A DNA stretch of 32,000 bases, taken from positions 390,001 to 422,000 of the forward strand of contig CAVRAI010000004.1 in the NCBI GenBank assembly GCA_963718915.1, given 5' to 3'. The stretch comes from an uncultured Chloroflexia bacterium. Lineage in GTDB: Bacteria > Chloroflexota > Ktedonobacteria > Ktedonobacterales > JADMIN01. Of this stretch, positions 1 to 7,976 are shown in pieces. Made by a program: the position numbers and the translations under genes. Numbering within the stretch: position 1 is the first letter of the stretch; every line of letters starts with the position of its first letter. The notes below the pieces were generated by a model that saw only the letters and a program-made list of their open reading frames with translations, did not search any database and was not told the origin of the DNA.

Positions 1-300
1 GATCCGGCGGAGCCGACGAAGGTGATTGGAGAGACCAACCAAATAGCTGAACAAAGCTGCGACAATGACAGAAAAGCCCAAAACTATCATCCACACAGGA
101 ACATGAATTTCAAGTCCAGCAAGAGATAGCTGATTATCTGACTTTGCAATGCCAAACGACAGGAGGATTGTGATAGCGCTACAAACACACTGTAATAGAT
201 AGGCTCTATTAATGCTTGTTCCGGTGGCTAGCATTGTTTCGTGGATGCGCTCGATGTAATGCAGGGTTAACTCACGCTCCTGAATTGGATATGAATTCAT
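1..300 (-). CDS. Hypothetical membrane protein, 5' portion only (continues past the window start)
   Basis: Absent from the supplied track because it has no in-window stop. The minus-strand frame is open from ATG at 300-298 (bounded upstream by TGA at 312-310) down to position 1. My translation begins MNSYPIQERELTLHYIERIHETMLATGTSINRAYLLQCVCSAITILLSFGIAK and includes two hydrophobic stretches. GC is about 45% by my count, against more than 60% elsewhere. No family recognised. Confidence 0.3.
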   Translation of the reverse strand, partial: MNSYPIQERELTLHYIERIHETMLATGTSINRAYLLQCVCSAITILLSFGIAKSDNQLSLAGLEIHVPVWMIVLGFSVIVAALFSYLVGLSNHLRRLRRI

Positions 301-447
301 CCCGACCGCTCACCTTCATGAGTAGTTTCAGCCATATCTCAACTCCATTAGAATATGCGCGAGTGGACGCTACGCTATACAAGCTTAGCGTGTTATATCA
401 TATTTATGCCTCAGGGAAACACGGAATCATGGTAGCTGACTATTCGC

Positions 448-1920
448 TTACAGCTTCGGGATGAGGGGACCGAACTGGTCCGCGGTGGGTTCCGCTCAGC
501 AGAACCATGGCTCGCTTAGGTGGGGGACAGGTCGCCGTGCTCGCCGGAGCGTGCCGGTGGTGTCAGACATGCCTGCGCCCACCAGCGCCGGTTCACGCAC
601 ACCCAGCCGCTCTGCTGCCAGGCGACGGATGGCGGCGAACGTCACCGCGATTGGCTCGCGCTGGCTGGCGGCGTGCTCGACCAGCGCCTGGACCTCGCGC
701 TGCAACGCATCCATGCGCGGGTCGGGATGCTGCCAGGTGTAGCTGAGCGCCTCCTCATCCAACGGGCCGAGCCACCCTCGCCCAGCAGGGTCGTCCAGCA
801 AGGCAGAGCTGGGCGGCACGAGCAGACGGATGGCGTACTGGATCGGGTCAACATGCTCCACCAGCCCATGTTCGGCGATGAAGTCCAGCACGTCAAGGTA
901 GTCGCTGGCGGTGGTCCATGGCGTGAAGGCGACGAAGGTTGGGCGCATCGGGATGCCCGCGTCGTCCAGGATATCCAGCGCTTCGGCAACATCGGCGCGG
1001 CTATGGCCCTTCTTCAGATGGCGCAATACCCCCTCGCTCAGCGATTCGACTGCGGAGACGACGAAGGCGCAGCCGAGCGAGGCAAGCTCCGGGAAGATCT
1101 CGCGCCGTTCGAGAATGTGCTCGATCTTGATCGTCGCGTCGAAGGTCAGGTGTGGAAATTCGGCGTGCATCGCGCGGACAATCTCCAGTGAGTGGCGCGG
1201 ACCGTTGAGGAAGTCTGGGTCGCCGAAGGTGATATGCCCGACGCCAGCATGCGCCTGGGCGCGGATATCTTCGAGCACAAGCGGGCGCGGAATCGCGAAG
1301 AAGCGTCCGCCGTAGACGGGCGTGATCGGGCAATGGGCGCAGGTGTGCAGGCAGCCGCGCGTCGCTTCAACATAGCCCGCCGGAACGACCTCGTCGCCAC
1401 GTACCAGATAGGCGTAGGACTGCGGCGCGGGCAGCGTCTCGCGTTCGGGCGCGGCATACTCCAGCCGCCGCAGCACAGGCAGCGCATGATGGTCGCGCGT
1501 GCGCACGCCGGGTATCGTTTCGGGCGCGCTGCCCTGGTGCGATGATTCGAGCGAGTCGGCCAGCGCCAGCAGCGCCTCCTCATACTCGCCGCCGATGATC
1601 GAGTCGGCAACGGTGCGCAGCAGATAGTCGGCGTTGAGGGTGGCATAGAGGCCGTAGAAACAGATATGCGCGCTGGGATTGAGCGTTCGGACGCGCGCGG
1701 CGACATGCGCTCCCAGGCGCAGCGCGGTATGCATCGGCGCGGAGATGGCAACCAGTTTCGCCTGTGTGATAGCGTCATCGGATAGCTCGGAGACAGAGGT
1801 ATCGACCGCGACCGGCGAGAATCCGGCGCGGCGCAGAACCGCCAGAGGCGAGGCAAGACTGAGCGGCTGGTGACCCAGTTCGTAGCATGCTACCAGCAGG
1901 ATTGCGCCCGCTGCTCTCAT
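448..1920 (-). CDS. B12-binding-domain radical SAM protein with CUAEP tail; predicted selenoprotein (TGA at 498-496 read as Sec)
   Basis: Track ORF 496..1920 (474 aa) has an N-terminal B12-binding-like domain and a CxxxCxxC cluster motif (EATRGCLHTCAHCP). It stops at TGA directly after ...SEPWFC. Continuing in frame gives U-AEPTADQFGPLIPKL and then TAA (450-448). That is an exact C-U-A-E-P motif, as in the family I recall being named CUAEP/CCAEP-tail radical SAM (seleno)protein. The start ATG overlaps the yggX stop (ATGA, 1920-1917). Confidence 0.75.
467..481 (-). promoter_or_regulatory. Candidate SECIS-like stem-loop downstream of the in-frame UGA
   Basis: Minus-strand RNA reads GGACC-AGUUC-GGUCC: a perfect 5-bp stem with a 5-nt loop containing GU. 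It begins 14 nt after the UGA at 498-496. The position is compatible with a bacterial SECIS, but the stem is short and I could not fold it computationally. Confidence 0.3.
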
Positions 1921-2237
1921 TTCTTCGCAGGAGCGGCAGGTGCGCCGCCCTTGCCCTTCGCGCCGCCGGCCCCCTCAGGAACCCAGCCCTCAGGCATCGC
2001 CGCGTCCTCGCCGAAGAAGAACTTTTCCATCTCCTGGCGCAGGATCTGGCGGGCATCGGGGTCGGCCAGATTCAGCCCATAATGGTTGATAAGCAGGCGG
2101 GAATGTTCCTGCCACATCTCCCAGGCCTCCTGAGAGACGTTGTCATAGATACGCTGGCCAAGCTCGCCGGGAACAGGCGGTTTCTCCAGCCCTGGCAGCT
2201 CGCGGCCCAGTTTGACACAATGTACCATCCGCGCCAT
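1917..2237 (-). CDS. yggX: Fe(II)-trafficking / oxidative-damage protection protein YggX
   Basis: The 106-aa ORF MARMVHCVKLGRELPGLEKPPVPGELGQRIYDNVSQEAWEMWQEHSRLLINHYGLNLADPDARQILRQEMEKFFFG aligns by eye along its length with E. coli YggX (PGELGKRIY..SKEAW..W......LINE..LN....R..L.QEM..FLF). It has a Gly/Ala/Lys-rich C-terminal tail. Confidence 0.85.
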   Translation of the reverse strand: MARMVHCVKLGRELPGLEKPPVPGELGQRIYDNVSQEAWEMWQEHSRLLINHYGLNLADPDARQILRQEMEKFFFGEDAAMPEGWVPEGAGGAKGKGGAPAAPAKK

Positions 2238-2392
2238 ATCGCTATCTCCTATCCGGACGCTGTCGGCGTGCGTGATTTTCGCATAGGTCGTAGTAAGAGC
2301 ATACTACATCGGTGCGAGGCGTGGCGAGGAATTTGCATCATGCGCTGAAATGCCCAATACTCTGGCGGAAAGCTGTGATGAAAGGTGAGCGT

Positions 2393-3835
2393 ATGCTGAA
2401 GACGGTAGCCTCGCACCGACGGATACGCGCACGGATCGCGATCAGCCTGATAGCAGTGGCGGTCAGCGCCGTAACGCTCATCTCGTGGATGCTACGGGTG
2501 GCCTCGATGCTGCATGGAGGCGGGCGTTACGACTTTTCGACCTATTACGCCGCCGCATATGCGCTCCGGCACGACATTCATGCCAACATCTATGATGCCA
2601 ACGTGCTGGCGCAGGCAGGCGCGGCTGCTCATACCTTCCTCAGCCTGCCGCTGCCCTACACCTATCCGCCACTGTTCGCCATCCTACTCAGCCCGTTCAC
2701 CGTACTGCCGTTCAAGACGCTGGCGGCGCTCTGGCTGGCGCTGAATTGCACGCTCTGGCTGGCGGTCACGTTGGTGCTGGCGCGCGAGATAGCGCTGCTG
2801 CTCAGCGAACACATCCGCCTGCCTGATACCGGCGCCAACCACGAGCGAACGTTCGCCAACCTGCTCGCCAATCCGCTGCCGCCGGTAGCCCTGGCGCTGG
2901 CGCTGCTGCTCTGCCTGTCCGCTGAGCCAGCGATACAGACCGTGCTGACGGGGCAGATCAACCTGCTGGTATTGCTGCCGCTGGCGCTCGTGCCTGAACT
3001 GGAGCGGCGTGGGCATCCTCGCTGGGTCGGCAGTATGGTCGCCATTGCCGCAATGCTCAAGTTCACTCCCGTGATCCTCCTGCTCTACTTTGTGCTGCGG
3101 CGACGCTGGCAGGTCGTCTGGGTCGGGCTGGTGGTTCTCGCCGGGCTGGCGCTGCTCTGCGTCGTGGTGGTTGGCCCAGGTGTGGCGCTGGCGTCGGTGG
3201 GGCAGGCGCTACATGTCGGAACGTCTGACGCCAGCCTCGGCCATAACGAAGCGTTGCTGGCGCCGCTGCTCAGCGCCCTGACCGCCACAATTCCTAACGC
3301 GCAGCCAGTATTTCAGGCTCTAGAATATGTGGCGCTGGTTGCGCTGGCGCTCTCCGTTGGCTACCTCATTGGGCGCCGCTGGCGGCCAGTGGGCGAGGCG
3401 GCGGCTGGTCATACGAAAGACGCGGCGGGCTACGGCATGGCGCTCTGCGCTATGGTGATCGTCTGGCCAACCGTCTGGGTTCACCATTACGTCTGGGCGC
3501 TGCCAGCGGCCGCTATTGCGCTGGCGTTGGCGATCACATGGGCGCTGAGTCCCCACACAGATCGCGGGGTCTGGCGCGTTGCACTGCCGCTGCTCGCGGT
3601 GCTGTGCTGCTATCTGCTCGTCGTCGCACTGCCCAATCAGTGGGACACCACGGCCTCGCCAACTGAGACGACGACTTCGGGGCTGCTACCGTTGTGGATA
3701 CTGCTGACACTCCGAGCGCTTGGCGCGCTGGGACTACTCGGTATCCTCGGCTACTGGTATGCGACGGCGCATGCTATGACCACAAGCAGCCCCAGCGCGC
3801 GTGATATGCTGGAGAGGCCGGGCAGCAGCGGTTGA
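2393..3835 (+). CDS. Polytopic membrane protein, DUF2029 / GT87-like glycosyltransferase
   Basis: Many predicted TM helices. YDFSTYYAAAYAL near the first loop and LKFTPVILLLYFVLRRRW resemble DUF2029/GT87 (PimE-like) proteins. I chose the start at ATG 2393, preceded by AAAGGTGAG; GTG 2312 and ATG 2378 are in-frame alternatives. Confidence 0.7.
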   Translation: MLKTVASHRRIRARIAISLIAVAVSAVTLISWMLRVASMLHGGGRYDFSTYYAAAYALRHDIHANIYDANVLAQAGAAAHTFLSLPLPYTYPPLFAILLSPFTVLPFKTLAALWLALNCTLWLAVTLVLAREIALLLSEHIRLPDTGANHERTFANLLANPLPPVALALALLLCLSAEPAIQTVLTGQINLLVLLPLALVPELERRGHPRWVGSMVAIAAMLKFTPVILLLYFVLRRRWQVVWVGLVVLAGLALLCVVVVGPGVALASVGQALHVGTSDASLGHNEALLAPLLSALTATIPNAQPVFQALEYVALVALALSVGYLIGRRWRPVGEAAAGHTKDAAGYGMALCAMVIVWPTVWVHHYVWALPAAAIALALAITWALSPHTDRGVWRVALPLLAVLCCYLLVVALPNQWDTTASPTETTTSGLLPLWILLTLRALGALGLLGILGYWYATAHAMTTSSPSARDMLERPGSSG

Positions 3836-3894
3836 ATCCCGGCGAATCCAGCATCCGTGACTGAGAAAGACATCAGAAGGCTAGAAGAGGCACG

Positions 3895-5193
3895 ATGACG
3901 AGCAAGGGTACGGCGATTCTCGGCGGCGGCGCGCTGGGGCTGACGCTGGCGTGGCGGCTGGCGCGGGCGGGCGAGCGTGTGGTGGTCTATGAGCGCGAAC
4001 CGGTGGCGGGCGGGCTGGCAGCAGGTTTCCGCGTCGGCGATCCGCAGGGCGGCCCATGGCTGGAAAAGTTCTATCATCACCTCTTTCGTACGGATCGGGA
4101 CGCCATTGCTTTGATGGGCGAGTTGGGTCTCGCCGAGAAGCTCTACTGGGGCCATCCCAACACCAGTTCGCTGATCGACGGCAAACCCTGGCGGCTGGAT
4201 GGCGCCCTTCCTGTGCTGCGATTCTCGCCGCTGCCCGTCGTTGATCGTCTGCGATTGGGCGCGGTTGCCGCGCTGATGAAGGCGTTGCCCAACGCGGATC
4301 CGCTGGAGGGAGTCACCGCGTCGTCGTGGCTGCGGCGCTGGCTTGGCCCGCGCGCCTATACGCTCGCCTTCGAGCCGCTCTTTCGCGGCAAGTTTGGCTC
4401 CTATGCCGATGAGATCGCGATGCCATGGTTCTGGGCGCGGATTCACTGTCGCACGGCTGCGCTTGGCTATCTGCGTGGCGGCTTCCAGCAGGTCTATGAG
4501 GCGCTGGTCGCGGGTATCCAGACGCAAAGCGGCGAGGTGCGGCTGGGTGTGACGGTGGATTCCGCTCGCCCGACCGATAGTGGTGACTGGCTGGTGACGA
4601 CGGCTGCGGGCGAGGAGCGTTTCGCGCGTGTTGTCTCGACATTGCCGACGCGAGTAACGTTTCGCGTCGTGCCCGATCTGCCCGCCGACTTCCAGGCGCG
4701 CTACGACTGGGGGCTGGCCTACGGCGCGCACTGCCTGATTCTGGCGCTGGATCGTCCACTGATGAAGGATGTCTACTGGTTGAGCATTGCCGACGAGGGC
4801 TATCCGTTCCTGGCGGCGGTGGAGCATACCAACTACATTCCGCCGGATGAGTATGGCGGTAAGCATCTGCTCTACCTCGGCAACTACCTGCCAATGGACC
4901 ATCCGCTCATGCGCGCCACTCCCGAGGAAGCACTGGAGCAGTTCGCACCCTATCTTCAGCGGCTCAATCCCGCGTTCTCGCGCGACTGGATCACCGACGT
5001 GTGGGGATTCGCCGCGCCCTTCGCGCAGCCCATCGTCACCCGCGACTATCGCGCGCATATTCCCCCGCACGAGACGCCATTGCCGGGCCTCTATCTCGCC
5101 AACATGTTCCAGGTCTACCCGCAGGACCGCGGCCAGAACTACAGCATCAAGCTGGCGAACGAACTGGCGAAGCGGCTGGCGCTCGGTGGGTGA
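3895..5193 (+). CDS. NAD(P)/FAD-dependent oxidoreductase (amine-oxidase / phytoene-desaturase-like fold), substrate unknown
   Basis: N-terminal dinucleotide-binding motif AILGGGALGLTLAWRLARAGERVVVYEREPVAGG. Length is 432 aa, with a purine-rich SD (AGAAGAGG) upstream of the ATG. The longer antisense ORF 3751..5334 is rejected. Confidence 0.75.
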   Translation: MTSKGTAILGGGALGLTLAWRLARAGERVVVYEREPVAGGLAAGFRVGDPQGGPWLEKFYHHLFRTDRDAIALMGELGLAEKLYWGHPNTSSLIDGKPWRLDGALPVLRFSPLPVVDRLRLGAVAALMKALPNADPLEGVTASSWLRRWLGPRAYTLAFEPLFRGKFGSYADEIAMPWFWARIHCRTAALGYLRGGFQQVYEALVAGIQTQSGEVRLGVTVDSARPTDSGDWLVTTAAGEERFARVVSTLPTRVTFRVVPDLPADFQARYDWGLAYGAHCLILALDRPLMKDVYWLSIADEGYPFLAAVEHTNYIPPDEYGGKHLLYLGNYLPMDHPLMRATPEEALEQFAPYLQRLNPAFSRDWITDVWGFAAPFAQPIVTRDYRAHIPPHETPLPGLYLANMFQVYPQDRGQNYSIKLANELAKRLALGG

Positions 5194-5246
5194 GGGCTTG
5201 CCCAATGCGCCCACCGTCGCGTAGAATGTGCGCTGGAGGTGAACCG

Positions 5247-5276
5247 ATGGAATACACACTAACCGGCAGCCGATGA
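5247..5276 (+). CDS. Candidate leader peptide uORF (MEYTLTGSR) in the ABC-F leader
   Basis: ATG at 5247 lies 7 nt after a GGAGG at 5235-5239. There are nine sense codons and then TGA. It sits in the 317-bp gap between the oxidoreductase stop and the ABC-F start. Support comes from SD geometry and context only. Confidence 0.25.
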   Translation: MEYTLTGSR

Positions 5277-5510
5277 GCATCCCATACGCGGCGGCATAAT
5301 CTGCCCGCGTGCCTGGTCGCTTCTTCTCAACCACATCTCATCCCCTGACCGGTTACTCTGCCTGAGACCTGTTTCCGGGTTGTCTGCGCAGTACGTGTGT
5401 TTCCCTGCCGGTCATGGACTTCCTACTACAGCACGATTTCTCCGGCCTCTGACGCACATCCTGCCTCTGACACCGCATTCCGCCACCCTGGCGAAGGGGA
5501 ACCACCTCAT

Positions 5511-7166
5511 ATGTTGCTGACCGTACGAAATATCACGAAAACCTATGGCGCCGTCACCATACTCGATGGCGTTACCTTCGCGCTTGAACACGGCGAGCAC
5601 GTGGGGCTTGTCGGCGCGAATGGCGCGGGCAAATCTACCCTGATACGTATCATCATGGGCGAGGAAACAGCCGATAGTGGCGAGGTGCAGCGAGCCGCCT
5701 CAAGGGCGATGGGCTATCTGCCGCAGACGCTGCCCAATACCGCTGGCCGTACGATTGAAGAGTTGCTGGCCGATGCGCTTGGCGGATTGCGCTCTATCGA
5801 GGCGTGCATGCGGACGCTGGAAGAGGCGATGGCAGGCGCCAGTGGTGAGGCGCTCAATGGGCTTTTGGCGGAGTACGGGCAGCTTGCCAGCCAGTTTCAG
5901 GATCGCGGCGGCTACGAGATGGAGGCGCGCATGGATGCGATACTGGCGGGTCTGCGCCTCGATTACCTGCCGCGCTCACGCGACCTGGAGACGCTCTCTG
6001 GTGGCGAGCGGGCGCGAGTTGGGCTGGCGCTGCTTTTGCTCCGCGCGCCGGATGTGCTGCTGCTGGATGAGCCGACAAGCCACCTCGACGCCGCCAGCAT
6101 GGCCTGGCTCGAAGACTATCTGGCTGCCTATACAGGCGCGGCGCTGATTGTCTCCCATGACCGCCAGTTTCTCAATCGCAGCGTCAATCGCATCTTCGAG
6201 TTGGACGAATACACGCATACGCTCAAGCGCTATGAGGGTGATTACGATGTCTACCGGCGGGCCAAGGCGGCGGAGCGCGAGGCCTGGGAGGAGTCGTTCG
6301 CGCGCCAGCAGGAGGAGATCAAAGACCTGCGCAAGCGTATTCGCGAGTCGGCCCGGCAGGTAGCCCATAATCGCAAGCCGAAGGACAATGACAAGCTGGC
6401 GTACAAGGGTAAGGGCGAGTGGGTGGCGGATGCTGTCTCGCGAAATGTGCGCGCCGCCGAGGAGCAACTTCGTCGCATTGAGGCAGACCCGATTCCCAAA
6501 CCGCCACGTCTGATGCGCTTCCAGCCCCAGTTTCGGGCCGAGGCATTGCGCGCGAATGCTATTGTACGGATGGAGCACATCAGCAAACACTATGGCGACC
6601 AACAGGTGTTGCGCGATGTAAGCCTGACGGTGTTGCCCGAGTCGCGGGTTGCGCTGGTCGGGCCAAATGGCGCGGGCAAGACGACGCTGCTGCGTATCCT
6701 GTTGGGGCTGGAGTCGCCCGATGAGGGAAGCGTCCAGTTGGCGCCGGGTGCGCGAATCGGCTATCTTACGCAAGAGCCAGCGGTCGGCAACGGCGAGCGC
6801 ACAGTTTTCGATGCTTACCGCACAGGTTTGGAGGGCTACGAGTCGAATCTCGTCGCTGGTATTCTCGGCAATGGCCTCTTTCACCTGGAGGATCTGACGA
6901 AAACGGTCGCGCAGCTCAGCCCCGGACAAAAGCGTAAACTTGAGCTGGCGCGACTGCTGGCGCTCGGCCCAAATGTCTTGCTCCTGGATGAGCCGTCGAA
7001 CTATGTCAGCCTGGATGTGCTGGAAGCATTTGAGGCGGCGGTGCTGGCTTTCCCTGGCCCCGTCCTGCTGATCTCGCATGACCGCTGGCTGCTGAATCGT
7101 TTTGGCGGCGCTCTCTGGGAGCTTGCCGATGGCACGCTGCATGAAGTCGCTGTGTCGCCGATTTAG
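5511..7166 (+). CDS. ABC-F family ATPase (two ABC domains plus inter-domain linker, no TM domain)
   Basis: Two full nucleotide-binding domains. The first has GANGAGKST / LSGGERARV / LLLLDEPTSHLD / SHDRQFL. The second has GPNGAGKTT / LSPGQKRKL / LLLDEPSNYVS / SHDRWLL. They are separated by a charged, helical linker of about 80 aa (YRRAKAAEREAWEESFARQQEEIKDLRKRIRE...). The start is set at ATG 5511 (MLLTVRNITKTYG) behind GAAGGGGA; the track start at 5397 adds a non-homologous extension. Confidence 0.85.
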   Translation: MLLTVRNITKTYGAVTILDGVTFALEHGEHVGLVGANGAGKSTLIRIIMGEETADSGEVQRAASRAMGYLPQTLPNTAGRTIEELLADALGGLRSIEACMRTLEEAMAGASGEALNGLLAEYGQLASQFQDRGGYEMEARMDAILAGLRLDYLPRSRDLETLSGGERARVGLALLLLRAPDVLLLDEPTSHLDAASMAWLEDYLAAYTGAALIVSHDRQFLNRSVNRIFELDEYTHTLKRYEGDYDVYRRAKAAEREAWEESFARQQEEIKDLRKRIRESARQVAHNRKPKDNDKLAYKGKGEWVADAVSRNVRAAEEQLRRIEADPIPKPPRLMRFQPQFRAEALRANAIVRMEHISKHYGDQQVLRDVSLTVLPESRVALVGPNGAGKTTLLRILLGLESPDEGSVQLAPGARIGYLTQEPAVGNGERTVFDAYRTGLEGYESNLVAGILGNGLFHLEDLTKTVAQLSPGQKRKLELARLLALGPNVLLLDEPSNYVSLDVLEAFEAAVLAFPGPVLLISHDRWLLNRFGGALWELADGTLHEVAVSPI

Positions 7167-7230
7167 AACGGATACCATACCGGCGACATGATTCTGTCTC
7201 ATACCATGCTGAATCAGGAGTAGTCGAGCA

Positions 7231-7593
7231 ATGTCAGACGAGGGGATTGGGCGACCGGGAGAAATTACCATCGAGGAATTCCAGCGAGTGGATATTCGTG
7301 TGGGGCGTGTCGTGGCAGCAGAACCGCTGAAGGGTGCGCGCAAACCCGCCTATGCCCTGCGGATTGACTTTGGCGTGGAACTTGGCGTGCGTCAGTCGAG
7401 CGCGCAAATCACCGAGCATTACCAGCCGGAGGGATTGATTGGGCAATTGGTGCTGGCGGTCGTCAACTTTCCGCCACGGCGCATCGCGGGCTTTCGCTCC
7501 GAGGTGCTGACGCTGGGCGTCGCCGATGCCGCTGGCGCGGTGGTCTTGATTGCTCCACGTTCAGACACGCCACTGGGCGCTCGGCTCTTCTAG
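7231..7593 (+). CDS. csaA: tRNA-binding-domain chaperone CsaA
   Basis: The 120-aa ORF closely resembles B. subtilis CsaA by eye: FQRVDIRVGRVVAAEP..ARKPAYALRIDFG.ELGVRQSSAQIT..Y.PEGLIGQ.V.AVVNFPPRRIAGF.SEVL.LG. Confidence 0.85.
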   Translation: MSDEGIGRPGEITIEEFQRVDIRVGRVVAAEPLKGARKPAYALRIDFGVELGVRQSSAQITEHYQPEGLIGQLVLAVVNFPPRRIAGFRSEVLTLGVADAAGAVVLIAPRSDTPLGARLF

Positions 7594-7976
7594 TCTGGAA
7601 GCGGCTTTGGCGCTTTCTATGCCACACTAACCAATTGCGCTGCTACGGTTACTCGCCGTGGCTGCGGAGCGTCTCAGTAGTGAGTACATCAGCGCGCGAC
7701 GGCAGAATCCACTTTCCCCAGCTCTATCAACTCGTCGCCCGCGCATTCTCAACCACACGCGGCCTTTGCGGAGGTCATAAGGATGTGGAACTCGCCGAGA
7801 TGATAATGTGCCAAGTAACCGGGGCATCGGCTTCTTCTCTTCGAGAACTACAGAAGAGCAGGTATTTACACACAATATATGGCGTTCTCTTGCCGTGGAA
7901 GGCAACTTCATTCATCTACTATGATGTATGAGATGAAAAGCAGCGCTGAGTCGCTCGCTCCTTGAGGGGAAGAATT

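Noticed and set aside
3751-5334. 527-aa minus-strand ORF, the longest ORF in this region
   Set aside because: It is fully antisense to the oxidoreductase gene, which has a clear Rossmann GxGxxG motif. The translation is R/Q/A/P-rich low complexity, typical of off-frame GC-rich DNA. It has no motif and no SD.
5397-5510. 38-codon N-terminal extension of the ABC-F ORF
   Set aside because: ABC-F proteins start a few residues before the first beta-strand (MLLTVRNITKTYG). ATG 5511 has an SD, and the extension has no homology-like features.
5976-7343. 455-aa minus-strand ORF
   Set aside because: It is antisense to the ABC-F gene, whose Walker A/B and signature motifs are unambiguous. The composition is R/Q/L-rich and featureless.
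7597-7617. Hairpin GGAAGCG-GCTTTGG-CGCTTTC just after csaA as a terminator
   Set aside because: It is only 7 bp including a G-U pair, and no U-tract follows. This is too weak to call.
7594-7976. 383-bp lower-GC spacer with overlapping ORFs 7627..7911 (-) and 7635..7931 (+) and a CTCTTC/GAAGAG hairpin (7837-7858)
   Set aside because: Neither ORF has an SD, a recognisable motif or a convincing codon bias. I found no tRNA, riboswitch or sRNA signature I could support. It is most likely the promoter or leader region of the GH3 gene.
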